Below, piece after piece: positions 31,197 to 40,572 of a stretch of 64,000 bases of DNA. The position numbers and the translations under genes are program-made. Location: positions 1-64,000 of the IMG/VR virus record IMGVR_UViG_3300027573_000779. One strand, given 5' to 3'. Each line of letters opens with the position of its first letter. The stretch's first letter is position 1. The notes under the pieces were generated by a model, which saw nothing but the letters and a program-made list of their open reading frames with translations, was not told where the DNA came from and searched no databases.

Positions 31197-31381
31197 ATTC
31201 CGTCTGTATATTCTTGTTTTAGGGCGTGTAAATTATCTTTTATGTATTTCCAAAGGTCCGGGCTAGACTTTTTAAAGTCTTCCTGTGTCCAAAGATAATG
31301 GAAATATGATGCTGGAACATCCTGTAAAAGCTTGCCTCTATGTTTGCCAAAAGGCATTGATGACAAATCATTCAGTTCCAT
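31190..31381 (-). CDS. DUF3820-like small protein
   Basis: MPFGKHRGKLLQDVPASYFHYL. Confidence 0.75.
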   Translation of the reverse strand: MELNDLSSMPFGKHRGKLLQDVPASYFHYLWTQEDFKKSSPDLWKYIKDNLHALKQEYTDGIW

Positions 31382-31406
31382 AAACGTATGGTATTAAGCA
31401 TTTGGG

Positions 31407-32849
31407 TTAAAATGCAAGCGCTAAATCATTATCCCGTAGAGGTTCTTCAATAAAGACCATTGATTCTCTTATTTTATCAAGGCGAGACTTAATAATTTTA
31501 AACTCCTCTAAAACGCCCAAAACTTTCCCTTTATCAACTTCGTCTGACCGCTGATTGCGAGCGGCAAAAAACTGATAGACTTCACTGTTATTAATCTCTA
31601 TGTTATATGTTAACTGCCCGTCTTTTAAAACCCCAAGTAATCTCGAATGTCCGCCAGTAACTCTACTTCCATAACCCCCAATACAATTATGCATAATGGC
31701 CCCCCATTCCTTAAGCTCAAAACTGGTTTTGGGGACTACAATCTGTAAGTTATCTATTTTATATCCATCAATCTTCTCATATTTTTTATCTTTAATGATT
31801 CCAAGCTCGAAATCCTCTTCTTTTGTATACCCTCTGCCCCATTGTTGATTTAAGTGAGTGTGTAGCTCGTCATGAATTTGTGAAAAGCTTCTTGGACGCT
31901 CAGGTAACGTAAAGCCTTGTAAACGCTCTGGACTAACAAAATAATAAACAGTATCAACAAGCATCGCATAAAAAACATCGCACTCTAAAAGACTCTTTAA
32001 TAAAAGTTTCCTGCGGTCTACATTGTAATGTCTTAAAACGCGCCTAAAAGCCATAATAGACTTGGAAATTTGGCTGTTAAAATGAATTTTTTTATGAACG
32101 TGAGTTTTTAAACATCCAAGAATAAAATCAAATGAAACCAATCCTCTTGTAGCCGCGCCAAACTGAAGTTTTTCAACAAGGGCTTGATTAACTGTTTCAC
32201 TTTCAAAAAGAGGATAAATCTCTTTTGATATCTGTTTGCCCGAATTACCAAAAATATCCTCTAAAACATCTTTAAAAGTTTCATTGCGCCCAAGATATTT
32301 AGTAATACTTCCATTTAAATTTGGACACCATTGTAAATCTAAACCCCGAAAACACGGATAAGATGCCTTAAGACAATTGATATAAGGATTTTTATTAAAT
32401 TTAAATTTGATGCCGTTTCTTTTTAAAAAATTTTTTAAAATTTTATTGAAGCGCCACTCAAAAACATTTTTTCCTATATCTGATTTCTTTGATTTCTCTC
32501 CATCATGAACTGTAAATAAAGTGCTAGCCCAAAAATAAAAAGACTGTGGCGAATGAGAATGATTACGAAATCTATCACTTGCTGCAAAATATATCCTCAG
32601 TTTCCCATTCTTTACTTTAAAAATATAACGCTCTAAGTTCTTTACTTTAAAGGGTTGTTTGTCTTGTGAAGCTTGAAACTTAAAAACATTTAAATTGGTG
32701 CCAAAATCATAAAGAAAGATATATTTGGGCATCCTCCTAAATCGTTTTGTTTGTTTATCAAAATAACTCCGCTTAAGTAAAGTATAACGAACTCCCTTTT
32801 CTTTTTGAACAACATACTTAGGGTTGTCAAGTTTGATAGGCTCAATCAT
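31407..32849 (-). CDS. Large protein with C-terminal PcfJ-like domain
   Basis: IHDEL...VPKTSFELKEWGAIMHNCIGGYGSRV. Confidence 0.75.
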   Translation of the reverse strand: MIEPIKLDNPKYVVQKEKGVRYTLLKRSYFDKQTKRFRRMPKYIFLYDFGTNLNVFKFQASQDKQPFKVKNLERYIFKVKNGKLRIYFAASDRFRNHSHSPQSFYFWASTLFTVHDGEKSKKSDIGKNVFEWRFNKILKNFLKRNGIKFKFNKNPYINCLKASYPCFRGLDLQWCPNLNGSITKYLGRNETFKDVLEDIFGNSGKQISKEIYPLFESETVNQALVEKLQFGAATRGLVSFDFILGCLKTHVHKKIHFNSQISKSIMAFRRVLRHYNVDRRKLLLKSLLECDVFYAMLVDTVYYFVSPERLQGFTLPERPRSFSQIHDELHTHLNQQWGRGYTKEEDFELGIIKDKKYEKIDGYKIDNLQIVVPKTSFELKEWGAIMHNCIGGYGSRVTGGHSRLLGVLKDGQLTYNIEINNSEVYQFFAARNQRSDEVDKGKVLGVLEEFKIIKSRLDKIRESMVFIEEPLRDNDLALAF

Positions 32850-32855
32850 ATTAAA

Positions 32856-33260
32856 TTATTTATGATTCTCTATTCTTGCTTCTTCAGTGTCAAAATATTC
32901 ACACCCTACTTCTATCCACTTACCGTCTTTTTTAACTTCAAACTTTAGATTTTCGGGCACTAATGATTTTTCTATGGTTTCTTCTAAGGTTTCCTGTTGG
33001 CTAAGTTCATAAAGCTTCCTAGCAAGCCAAAACTTCATCTTGGGGGTTTCTACCAGTCTTTTAAACGCTTTTCTTAAATTCTGCGCCCGACTTCTTTCTT
33101 CGGTTCCTTGCGCTCGCGCCCCTGATTCTAGATGGTAAATACGACAACAGTTGTCGTGTTTATTCCTATATTGTCCGCCGCTACCGGGACCGCCTGAGAA
33201 CCAACTGATTTCCAAATCCTTCTTACTCAGAAGAGTTATTTTCTGTTGTTCCTGTTCCAT
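32856..33260 (-). CDS. Stand-alone RF-1-domain (GGQ) peptidyl-tRNA hydrolase-like protein (ArfB/PrfH-like)
   Basis: GPGSGGQYRNK...RIYHLESG...ERSRAQN. Confidence 0.88.
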   Translation of the reverse strand: MEQEQQKITLLSKKDLEISWFSGGPGSGGQYRNKHDNCCRIYHLESGARAQGTEERSRAQNLRKAFKRLVETPKMKFWLARKLYELSQQETLEETIEKSLVPENLKFEVKKDGKWIEVGCEYFDTEEARIENHK

Positions 33261-33588
33261 CTAATTTACATATTCCAAAATTATTTTTTGTTCTTTGTTT
33301 TACCCAAGCATCAATATAGGCAATCATAATTTCCATTTTGCGCAAATCTTGTTGGTCCTTTACCACACAATGTTCACCTATAAAACCATAATTTTTTTGG
33401 TCTATTGTCAGAGATAAAAGTGGAACATTATATTTAATACAAACCTTTGTTAATTCAGATTGTATTTCTTTAATTTCGGCGTCGGCGTCAGTTAGAGAAT
33501 CGGTGTCTATAATGCGACCATCAATACATTCAATTTTCATAAGTTTTTTATTTGATTTCAGTAATTGCATACTTCCCTCCAGACGCAT
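33223..33588 (-). CDS. Hypothetical protein, tandem paralog of 33548-33847
   Basis: MKIECIDGRIIDTDSLTDADAEI vs MDIKLRDGSTLNTDKLSDIEAEI. Confidence 0.6.
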   Translation of the reverse strand: MRLEGSMQLLKSNKKLMKIECIDGRIIDTDSLTDADAEIKEIQSELTKVCIKYNVPLLSLTIDQKNYGFIGEHCVVKDQQDLRKMEIMIAYIDAWVKQRTKNNFGICKLDGTGTTENNSSE

Positions 33589-33847
33589 TTATAACAAAAT
33601 CATTAAGCCAAGAGAAAAGAACACCAACTCTTTTTAACTTTCTTTCTTCGAACGCTTTATCATCAACATCAAAATGCTGTGAAATAAAAGGTTTCCTTTC
33701 TCCGTCTGCAAAACTAACTGAATACCAAGGAACGTTATATTTCCTACAAAGATTACCAACCTCTGTTTGTTTTTCTATTATTTCGGCTTCAATATCAGAA
33801 AGTTTATCTGTGTTTAGCGTTGAACCATCACGTAACTTAATATCCAT
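33548..33847 (-). CDS. Hypothetical protein, tandem paralog of 33223-33588
   Basis: Shared N-terminus and CxKYNVP motif. Confidence 0.6.
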   Translation of the reverse strand: MDIKLRDGSTLNTDKLSDIEAEIIEKQTEVGNLCRKYNVPWYSVSFADGERKPFISQHFDVDDKAFEERKLKRVGVLFSWLNDFVINASGGKYAITEIK

Positions 33848-33849
33848 AA

Positions 33850-34257
33850 TTATTTCTCTCCAATCATGTAGGTATAGTCTGGAAAGGCCACTGAAACGCG
33901 CAACTGACCTAATTTCTCTTTTAAAAGGTATGCTAGTTCAAAAGCCAGCCTTCTTATTTCTTCCTTTTCCCTAGGGAACCTAGGATAGTTAATAATTTCA
34001 ACAATAGCCCCAACCTCGCGCCCACCAACATAAACAAACTCCGTTTCTGTTATATTTACACAAAGTCCTTTTTGGTTGCAAAAATTTTCACAAGCCCAAT
34101 TTATCTCCAGTTCAGAATGGACCTTAGGCCCATAAGCCTCTTTGCGACCAACATAAATTTTAGAATAAAAGCTTTCAGCGCCGGTTAGTTGACCAAAATC
34201 TGAGTTAACTTCGAAGGTCATACATTCACAACTTCCCCGTTTAAATGACCAACGCAA
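33850..34257 (-). CDS. Conserved-type phage hypothetical protein
   Basis: EFVYVGGREVGAIVEIINYPRFP pattern. Confidence 0.65.
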   Translation of the reverse strand: MRWSFKRGSCECMTFEVNSDFGQLTGAESFYSKIYVGRKEAYGPKVHSELEINWACENFCNQKGLCVNITETEFVYVGGREVGAIVEIINYPRFPREKEEIRRLAFELAYLLKEKLGQLRVSVAFPDYTYMIGEK

Positions 34258-34739
34258 TTAAGAGAAACTTTGATTCCAAGTAACTGAACCTCTGCTTCAC
34301 AAAACATTGTTTTAGTAACTTTAAAAGACTTTTCCCACTTGGGGTCATCCCACGGCCAGTTCAAATGAAAAACAACCTTGGAAACTCCTGCTTGAATGAT
34401 GGTTTTGGCACAGTCATGACACGGAATTCCTTGAGAATAAAGTGTTGTTCCTATAGTGGAGATGCCATTTCGGGCACAGTTTAAAACTGCATTGTGTTCA
34501 CCATGAACGATGTATTGATACTTGGTTTCCCTATTATCATATCTTTCAAATACATCAAAGACCCCCCTTGGAAACCCATTATAGCCTAAGGAGACAGGAG
34601 TGTTGTTTTTAACGATTACGGCACCAATTTTGGTTCTAGGGTCCTTTGATTTCTCTGCTACTTTATAAACCAACCCCATATAAAGTGCGTCCCATGACAG
34701 GGGGGAAACCACAGTTTGTTGATAGGTTTCTAATTCCAC
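34218..34739 (-). CDS. dCMP deaminase
   Basis: SKDPRTKIGA, GYNGFPRG, VHGEHNA, PCHDC. Confidence 0.93.
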   Translation of the reverse strand: MELETYQQTVVSPLSWDALYMGLVYKVAEKSKDPRTKIGAVIVKNNTPVSLGYNGFPRGVFDVFERYDNRETKYQYIVHGEHNAVLNCARNGISTIGTTLYSQGIPCHDCAKTIIQAGVSKVVFHLNWPWDDPKWEKSFKVTKTMFCEAEVQLLGIKVSLNCVGHLNGEVVNV

Positions 34740-35490
34740 TTTTTATATGGTAGTAAGGTTTTAGGTGAAATGTCAACCTTTAAGAACTTACTTTGTGATA
34801 CAAAGGACACTTGACGGGGACTGTTTATTTTTTAACGAAATAAATAGAGGCGTTAGCGTAGCGAGAGCCTCTAGAATTGTAATCCTTAGAAACGAAAACT
34901 GGCAAGTTTGAGTTTCTCATCTTTTTCTTTGAAATCTTTAACCAAAGTAGAGTTTTTTATCTTAACATTCTGAGGGTTTTCAAACTTTATATTTTCTTTT
35001 TAAAACCCGAAGAATGTACTGGGTGCCGAACTTTCCTTAGAAGCGTAGCGTTTAGCGAAGCTTCTATTTTGTACTCTTTTTTTAATCTATCTTTTCTTAC
35101 CCCCTTGAGGGGGTTGGGGGTGTTAGTTCTTTCATAATTTATAAAGATAATTCCCCTAGACAAAAATAACTAAATCTTCGTTTAGGGGAAAGTAATCACC
35201 AAAAACTTTTAAATCTTTGGTACAGTAGGAGTCCTGTTAAACTGTTTTACGTTTACCATCCTGTCCTTTCGGACACAGCGGGAATTTCGGTCAGCTTCTA
35301 CGATTTACACGTAGCTCCATTTTTCCATTCTGAAAAGAATGTGCCATACCCTCTGCTTCACTCCTGACAGGCTAATCAGAATATCCTCAATTTCTCGGAG
35401 AAGCTCAGGAAACCTTGCTAAATTTATCTTAGCGGCTTAAAGGGGGTCGGACCCTTTATGTTGTTAAAACTTAACTGAAAAACTTTACAC
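34740..35490. other. 750-bp ORF-free, hairpin-rich region (candidate origin and/or ncRNA)
   Basis: Twin AGCGTAGCG-loop hairpins at 34846-34872 and 35039-35065, ACCCCC/GGGGGT, a cluster of short stems at 35240-35460, GTGTAA at 35485-35490 pointing into it. Confidence 0.5.
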
Positions 35491-36018
35491 CTAAACTATT
35501 CGATGTGTACTCCCAAATCCACCCAACCCTCTATCACTTTCTGTAAGTTGTTGAACTTCAACGAAATCCACATCAAAATATTTTTTGAATACTATTTGAG
35601 CGATTGGGTCTCCGGGTTTTATTTCAAGAGTGTCCTGACTGCCAAATATGTTTTCCTGTGCCCAAAGAGTTTTGAACTCTTCAATTGCCTGAATGCCAAT
35701 TAATAATTTTTTAATCGTTTCAAATCCATTCAAGTTAATTAAGACAACGCCAATGTTATCTCTGTAACCAGAATCAATAACTCCAGCCATCACATCAATC
35801 CCCTTTTTTAAGGCGAGTCCGCTTTTAGGTCTTATCATTGCGACAAAACCTTCAGGGAACTCAAACCTCAATCCAATAGGAATCAATTTCCTTTCAAAGG
35901 GTGCAAGTTTAAAATATTCAGGACTGAATAAATCATAACCTGCATCCCCTTGTTTGGCCTTTTTAGGAATGATGGCTTTAGAATTAGTTTTGATGAATTT
36001 GACTTGAAAATCACTCAT
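35491..36018 (-). CDS. dut: dUTPase (trimeric type)
   Basis: GDAGYDL, RPKSG, GVIDSGYR, RGLGGFGST. Confidence 0.95.
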   Translation of the reverse strand: MSDFQVKFIKTNSKAIIPKKAKQGDAGYDLFSPEYFKLAPFERKLIPIGLRFEFPEGFVAMIRPKSGLALKKGIDVMAGVIDSGYRDNIGVVLINLNGFETIKKLLIGIQAIEEFKTLWAQENIFGSQDTLEIKPGDPIAQIVFKKYFDVDFVEVQQLTESDRGLGGFGSTHRIV

Positions 36019-36340
36019 TAACGCAAATGGTTTCTACTGAAGGACTTATATCAATTGATTCAGTCTTTTTATAAATTCTGCTCGGACAGCCGCCAGAAGG
36101 TCTCGTTTTTTCAAGCCTTATCAATGTCCCTTCTTCAACAGCCTTATTAACTTTAAGCTGAATTGACACTGCACTTAGACTTTTGTTTTCGGCGTTTAGT
36201 GAGCTTTCAATATCTTTAACTGAGAATTCTGAAGTGGGCCACTCAATATGAGTTTTCTTGCGGCCAGTTTTTTTATTAATTTTTAAACTATTGTTCATAT
36301 CTTTCAACAGAGCATAAGAAACCCTTGAGTTCTTTGTCAA
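36011..36340 (-). CDS. Winged-helix-like DNA-binding protein
   Basis: FSVKDI...LSAVSIQLKVNKAVEEG...GCPSRIY. Confidence 0.55.
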   Translation of the reverse strand: MTKNSRVSYALLKDMNNSLKINKKTGRKKTHIEWPTSEFSVKDIESSLNAENKSLSAVSIQLKVNKAVEEGTLIRLEKTRPSGGCPSRIYKKTESIDISPSVETICVNE

Positions 36341-36388
36341 TAGGATTTTTGCTTAGAATTTTTCGTTACTTGTAAAGATGATAGGCCG

Positions 36389-36802
36389 ATGACAACTCTT
36401 GATGCAGCATTGAAACTTTACGAATGGTTCGCTGAAAATGATTCATTTAATTTTAAAATAAATTTTAAAAATTTACCAGTTGTATCAGACGAACCTTTTG
36501 TTACTAAGGCAACTTTTCAAACCGCCTTGGATGAAATGGAGAAAGCGGGGTATTTATCCAAAACCATCTTAAATAATGACGAGTATTGGATACTTAAAAA
36601 ACCTTTAGCCGCCATGGACCAAACCCTTAGTCTTAATGGAACCCTTTGTGGAGCTATCGCAAGCGTGATTAATTCTGCTTGTGAACAGCTTAAAGACACC
36701 AAAAACATTTGCAATCCTTTAAATCTTAAAGAAGGCGATATTGAGTTTTTAATGTTTTTACTAAATTTAAAATATAAAGACCAAGAAAATTCTATTGACT
36801 AA
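36389..36802 (+). CDS. Hypothetical protein (first gene of the plus-strand arm)
   Basis: ORF track; divergent from 36340. Confidence 0.6.
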   Translation: MTTLDAALKLYEWFAENDSFNFKINFKNLPVVSDEPFVTKATFQTALDEMEKAGYLSKTILNNDEYWILKKPLAAMDQTLSLNGTLCGAIASVINSACEQLKDTKNICNPLNLKEGDIEFLMFLLNLKYKDQENSID

Positions 36803-36832
36803 ACTACAAAGACATTGCTAAGATTGTCTTAG

Positions 36833-37417
36833 ATGAGTATAGAAATGATTGGCATTACGGGAGTTGCGAGGGCAGGGAAAGACACGCTTTGTAATTACTT
36901 TTTAAAGACTTACCCTAAGTGCCAAAGATTAGCTCTTGCCGACGAACTTAAAAAAGACTTAGATGCTTTTCTAATTGAAAAAGTAGGTATTAGCGCCTTT
37001 ACCAAGGACACCGAAGAGAAGAAGTTAATTAGGGACCTTCTTGTAGCTTATGGGAAGATTCAAAGGGCGCGGACTCAAGGCAAATATTGGACAGGACTAA
37101 TTCAACCAAAAATTCTAACACTTAAAAAAGAAGGATTTTTACCTATTGTTACTGATGTGCGTTACGCTATTTACGCGGAGGATGAATACCAATGGTTAAA
37201 GAACAATAACGGAATGCTTATCCATGTTAAAAGGGTTCAACCTGACGGGACACCAGTGTTGCCCCCCAATCAAGATGAAAGGATAAATGACCCTATTTTG
37301 GAGAAGCTGGCCGATTATAGGGTTGTTTGGCCAACCGTAATAAGCAATGACGAATCAAATCTGGATGTTTCCAAATACGTGCAAGACCAATTAAAAAATC
37401 TTTTAGCTCAAATTTAA
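36833..37417 (+). CDS. Deoxynucleoside monophosphate kinase
   Basis: IGITGVARAGKDT P-loop, LADELK, VTDVRY. Confidence 0.88.
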   Translation: MSIEMIGITGVARAGKDTLCNYFLKTYPKCQRLALADELKKDLDAFLIEKVGISAFTKDTEEKKLIRDLLVAYGKIQRARTQGKYWTGLIQPKILTLKKEGFLPIVTDVRYAIYAEDEYQWLKNNNGMLIHVKRVQPDGTPVLPPNQDERINDPILEKLADYRVVWPTVISNDESNLDVSKYVQDQLKNLLAQI

Positions 37418-37842
37418 TGACGTTTTGGGAAGATACTGACAAGTCAGAAAACATTTTCTATTTTATTCATAAAAATAGAAAGTCAGTGAAACTTAAAAAA
37501 TCCCAATTAACAACTTTAAAAGAATTAAGCAAAAATGCCAACAAAGAATTTGATGAAAATTTACAATGGCACTTTTGTATTATTTTAGCGATGAAGATGA
37601 CTGACCCAAGTTACAGGCACGTTTCATTGACTCTTTTTGAAGTCGAAGGTAAAACCCAACCAATTATTTTACTTGAATCTTTTCCTATCAATCAACCCAT
37701 GGAACTTAAAGCTTTTTTGGCTAGCCCCAAATGTATGTTTGAACAATTTGAAAGTGAGGTTCTGGTCATAGAAGGAGATTACACAATGGACACTTTGACA
37801 AAGGTTATTACAGAATGGCAACTACAAACAAATCAGACCTAG
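37417..37842 (+). CDS. Hypothetical protein
   Basis: ORF track. Confidence 0.6.
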   Translation: MTFWEDTDKSENIFYFIHKNRKSVKLKKSQLTTLKELSKNANKEFDENLQWHFCIILAMKMTDPSYRHVSLTLFEVEGKTQPIILLESFPINQPMELKAFLASPKCMFEQFESEVLVIEGDYTMDTLTKVITEWQLQTNQT

Positions 37843-38411
37843 AACTTATTAAAGAAGTCAAAGAAAAGGGTTGTGATAAGAGCTTCAATGAGCTTAACTC
37901 AAGATATGGAATGCTATGTTATAAAATATTTCATAGATATGCGCAATCTCTAAGAGCAACCGGATTTACTTTACAAGACTTTGATAAGGAAAAAGATTAT
38001 ATTTTGTTTCAATCTATTATAAAATATGATAGTAATAAATCAAAGTTCATCACTTTTGTTGGAAGAAACGTAATGTGGTCATGTAAGAAAAGAATAACTG
38101 AACATATTAAACTCTCAGTTAAGAAATTCGAACCAATTCACGAGCAGGAGATTATAGATGATTCTTGGTCCACCAGTCAGGACAATTCAGAATTCTTTGA
38201 ATTTGTTAACCATACCCTTAATGGCATTAAAGACAAAAGGGTTAAAGAAATTTATGAGATGCGCTATTTTACAGACAAAAAAAGAAATTTACCTTGGAAA
38301 ATTATCGCTGATAAATTTAGAATAAGCATACAACAAACGATTAATCTACACAATTCTGGCCAAAGACTTTTAAAAGAAAAATTTTATGAAAAACAACAAA
38401 CAGTTGGTTAA
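37815..38411 (+). CDS. Sigma70-family RNA polymerase sigma factor (regions 2 and 4)
   Basis: SDLELIKEVKE, KYDSNKSKFITFV region 2, WKIIADKFRISIQQTINL HTH. Confidence 0.8.
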   Translation: MATTNKSDLELIKEVKEKGCDKSFNELNSRYGMLCYKIFHRYAQSLRATGFTLQDFDKEKDYILFQSIIKYDSNKSKFITFVGRNVMWSCKKRITEHIKLSVKKFEPIHEQEIIDDSWSTSQDNSEFFEFVNHTLNGIKDKRVKEIYEMRYFTDKKRNLPWKIIADKFRISIQQTINLHNSGQRLLKEKFYEKQQTVG

Positions 38412-38670
38412 AATTGGTGCGCTATGGAAACGCACGTCCGCAAATGGTAACGAGTTCTTCACCGGGACAGTTACTGTAGATGGCAAACTTCAAAACATCA
38501 TTGCTTTTACCAACAAGCAAAAGACAAGCCACAATCATCCCGATTGGACTGTTTATGAATCAGAGCCGCCAACATATCAAGGGGATAAATCGAGCAAGCC
38601 GACCAAAGCTAAAACCGAGAAGGTAACCGCTCCTGCGGAAGCTCCTGTAGCAGACGAGGTTCCGCTATAA
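38386..38670 (+). CDS. Small OB-fold/DUF736-like putative ssDNA-binding protein
   Basis: KIGALWKRTS...FFTG...NKQK...HPDW and acidic C-terminal tail DEVPL. Confidence 0.6.
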   Translation: MKNNKQLVKIGALWKRTSANGNEFFTGTVTVDGKLQNIIAFTNKQKTSHNHPDWTVYESEPPTYQGDKSSKPTKAKTEKVTAPAEAPVADEVPL

Positions 38671-38672
38671 AA

Positions 38673-39764
38673 ATGTTCACTTTAAACATCCCAATTAACT
38701 CCGTCTCTTTTGGCCAAACCTCAATTGCCATACTTAGGGAATTATATGCTCGCGGCATAGAGCCACATATTTTTCCCATAGGTCCGGTGGATTTAAGTGC
38801 CCAAAAGAATGATGATAGCTTTAATAATAAGGTTAGGACAGGATTAAATTCTGCCTTGTTGAAGCATAATAGAAACATGTTGACAGTCAAACTGTGGCAT
38901 CTTTCTGGAGGAATTGAATCTTTTGGCAACAGTCAGGTTTTGATTACTTTTTACGAGCTAGACAGCCCCACCAAAGAAGAAATCAACGCTTGTAAAAATA
39001 ACACCAAAGTCATCTTCACTTCAAAATATGCTCAACGGACTTTTGAAGACTGCGGTGTAACAAATACAGCTTTCATTCCTTTGGGCTTTGACTCTTATAG
39101 TTTTTATCGAAAAGATAAAGAATATTTCAAAGACAGAACAACCTTTAACTTGGCTGGTAAGTTTGAAAAGCGCAAAAATCACCCTAAAATAATCGCTTCT
39201 TGGGTTAAGAAATTTGGAAACAATCCAAAATATAGTCTTCAGTGCGCAATATATAATCCTTTTATGTCGCCCGAAGAGAACAAAGCTCTTCTTCCGCAAC
39301 TAACTGGAGGACAACGAATTGGAAACATAACCTTTTGCGGAGTTATGGCTACAAATGAAGATTATAACGATTACCTTAATTCTGCTGATATTATGATTGG
39401 AATGTCGGGAGGAGAAGGATTTGGACTGCCAGAGTTTCAATCTGTGGCCTTAGGAAAACATGCCGTTATTATGAATGCTCACGGCTACAAAAGTTGGGCA
39501 ACTGCTGAAAACTCAGTTTTAGTCAATCCGTCAGGGAAAATGCCCGCTTATGATGGTAAATTCTTTGTTCAAAACACCCCTTTTAATCAGGGTAATATTT
39601 ATGATTTTAATGAAGAAGAGTTTATTGCTGGCTGCGAAGCGGCGATTGAAAGAGTGGGTAAAAACAAAGTGAACGAAGAAGGGTTAAAGCTTCAAACGAC
39701 CCATTCAATTAAGACTGTTGTTGATAAGCTTTTAGATGTAATCAATGAATGCGAAAAAAAATGA
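38673..39764 (+). CDS. GT4-family glycosyltransferase
   Basis: GKFEKRKN, EGFGLPEFQSVALG. Confidence 0.85.
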   Translation: MFTLNIPINSVSFGQTSIAILRELYARGIEPHIFPIGPVDLSAQKNDDSFNNKVRTGLNSALLKHNRNMLTVKLWHLSGGIESFGNSQVLITFYELDSPTKEEINACKNNTKVIFTSKYAQRTFEDCGVTNTAFIPLGFDSYSFYRKDKEYFKDRTTFNLAGKFEKRKNHPKIIASWVKKFGNNPKYSLQCAIYNPFMSPEENKALLPQLTGGQRIGNITFCGVMATNEDYNDYLNSADIMIGMSGGEGFGLPEFQSVALGKHAVIMNAHGYKSWATAENSVLVNPSGKMPAYDGKFFVQNTPFNQGNIYDFNEEEFIAGCEAAIERVGKNKVNEEGLKLQTTHSIKTVVDKLLDVINECEKK

Positions 39765-40134
39765 AAAGGGCTTATGGTATTTAGCGGCTCCTTACTCTCA
39801 TAAAGACGATTATATTCGTTACTTGAGAGTGCTTCAAATTAATAAAGTAGCATCTCATTTGTTTGACGAAGGTTATTGGATATTTAGCCCAATTAGTCAC
39901 ACTCATCCAATTAAAGAAGTCTCAGCGCCGGGACAAATAGCCAGAGATGGAAGTTGGGAATTTTGGAAGGAATATGATGAATATATGCTTTCTTTATGTG
40001 ATGGCATTATTGTTTTAATGCTTGATGGATATGAGAATTCTGTAGGTGTGACTGCGGAACACAAATTCGCACGAGAAAATAACATACCGGTTCTATTCTT
40101 TGACCCTTTAACTTATACGTTCCTCACCATTTAA
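39745..40134 (+). CDS. DUF1937-family (nucleoside deoxyribosyltransferase-like) protein
   Basis: YLAAPYSH, FSPISHTH, CDGIIVL, SVGVTAE. Confidence 0.8.
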   Translation: MNAKKNEKGLWYLAAPYSHKDDYIRYLRVLQINKVASHLFDEGYWIFSPISHTHPIKEVSAPGQIARDGSWEFWKEYDEYMLSLCDGIIVLMLDGYENSVGVTAEHKFARENNIPVLFFDPLTYTFLTI

Positions 40135-40141
40135 CTTATAC

Positions 40142-40513
40142 ATGCCCCATTACATCTATCAAAACCCTAAAACCAGAGAAATAAAAGAAGTCGTTCAGAG
40201 GATGAATGAACCCCATATCTATTCTGAAAATGGGGTTAAATTTAACCGTATCTTTACCATCCCTCAAGAAGCTATTGACACAAAAATAGACCCCAATAAC
40301 TCCAAAGACTTTGTTTCTAAAATGGGACGCAAAAGATGCAAGCTCGGAGATATGATGGACGAATCTGCGGCGCTTAGCGAACGCAGAGAAAAAATGATGG
40401 GTAAGGACCCAGTAAAAGAAAAATATTTTGAAAATTACAGTAAAAGAAGAAGAGGAAAACCGCACCCTTCGAAACTTACAAAACCAGAAGATATTTCTGT
40501 TGAAATAGTGTAG
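40142..40513 (+). CDS. FmdB-like protein (zinc-ribbon Cys lost)
   Basis: MPHYIYQNPKTREIKEV...M N-terminus. Confidence 0.55.
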   Translation: MPHYIYQNPKTREIKEVVQRMNEPHIYSENGVKFNRIFTIPQEAIDTKIDPNNSKDFVSKMGRKRCKLGDMMDESAALSERREKMMGKDPVKEKYFENYSKRRRGKPHPSKLTKPEDISVEIV

Positions 40514-40572
40514 TAAAATATTTGTTAAATTTTCTTAAAGGAGATTTAATTTTGTTGTAATTTCATAATACT

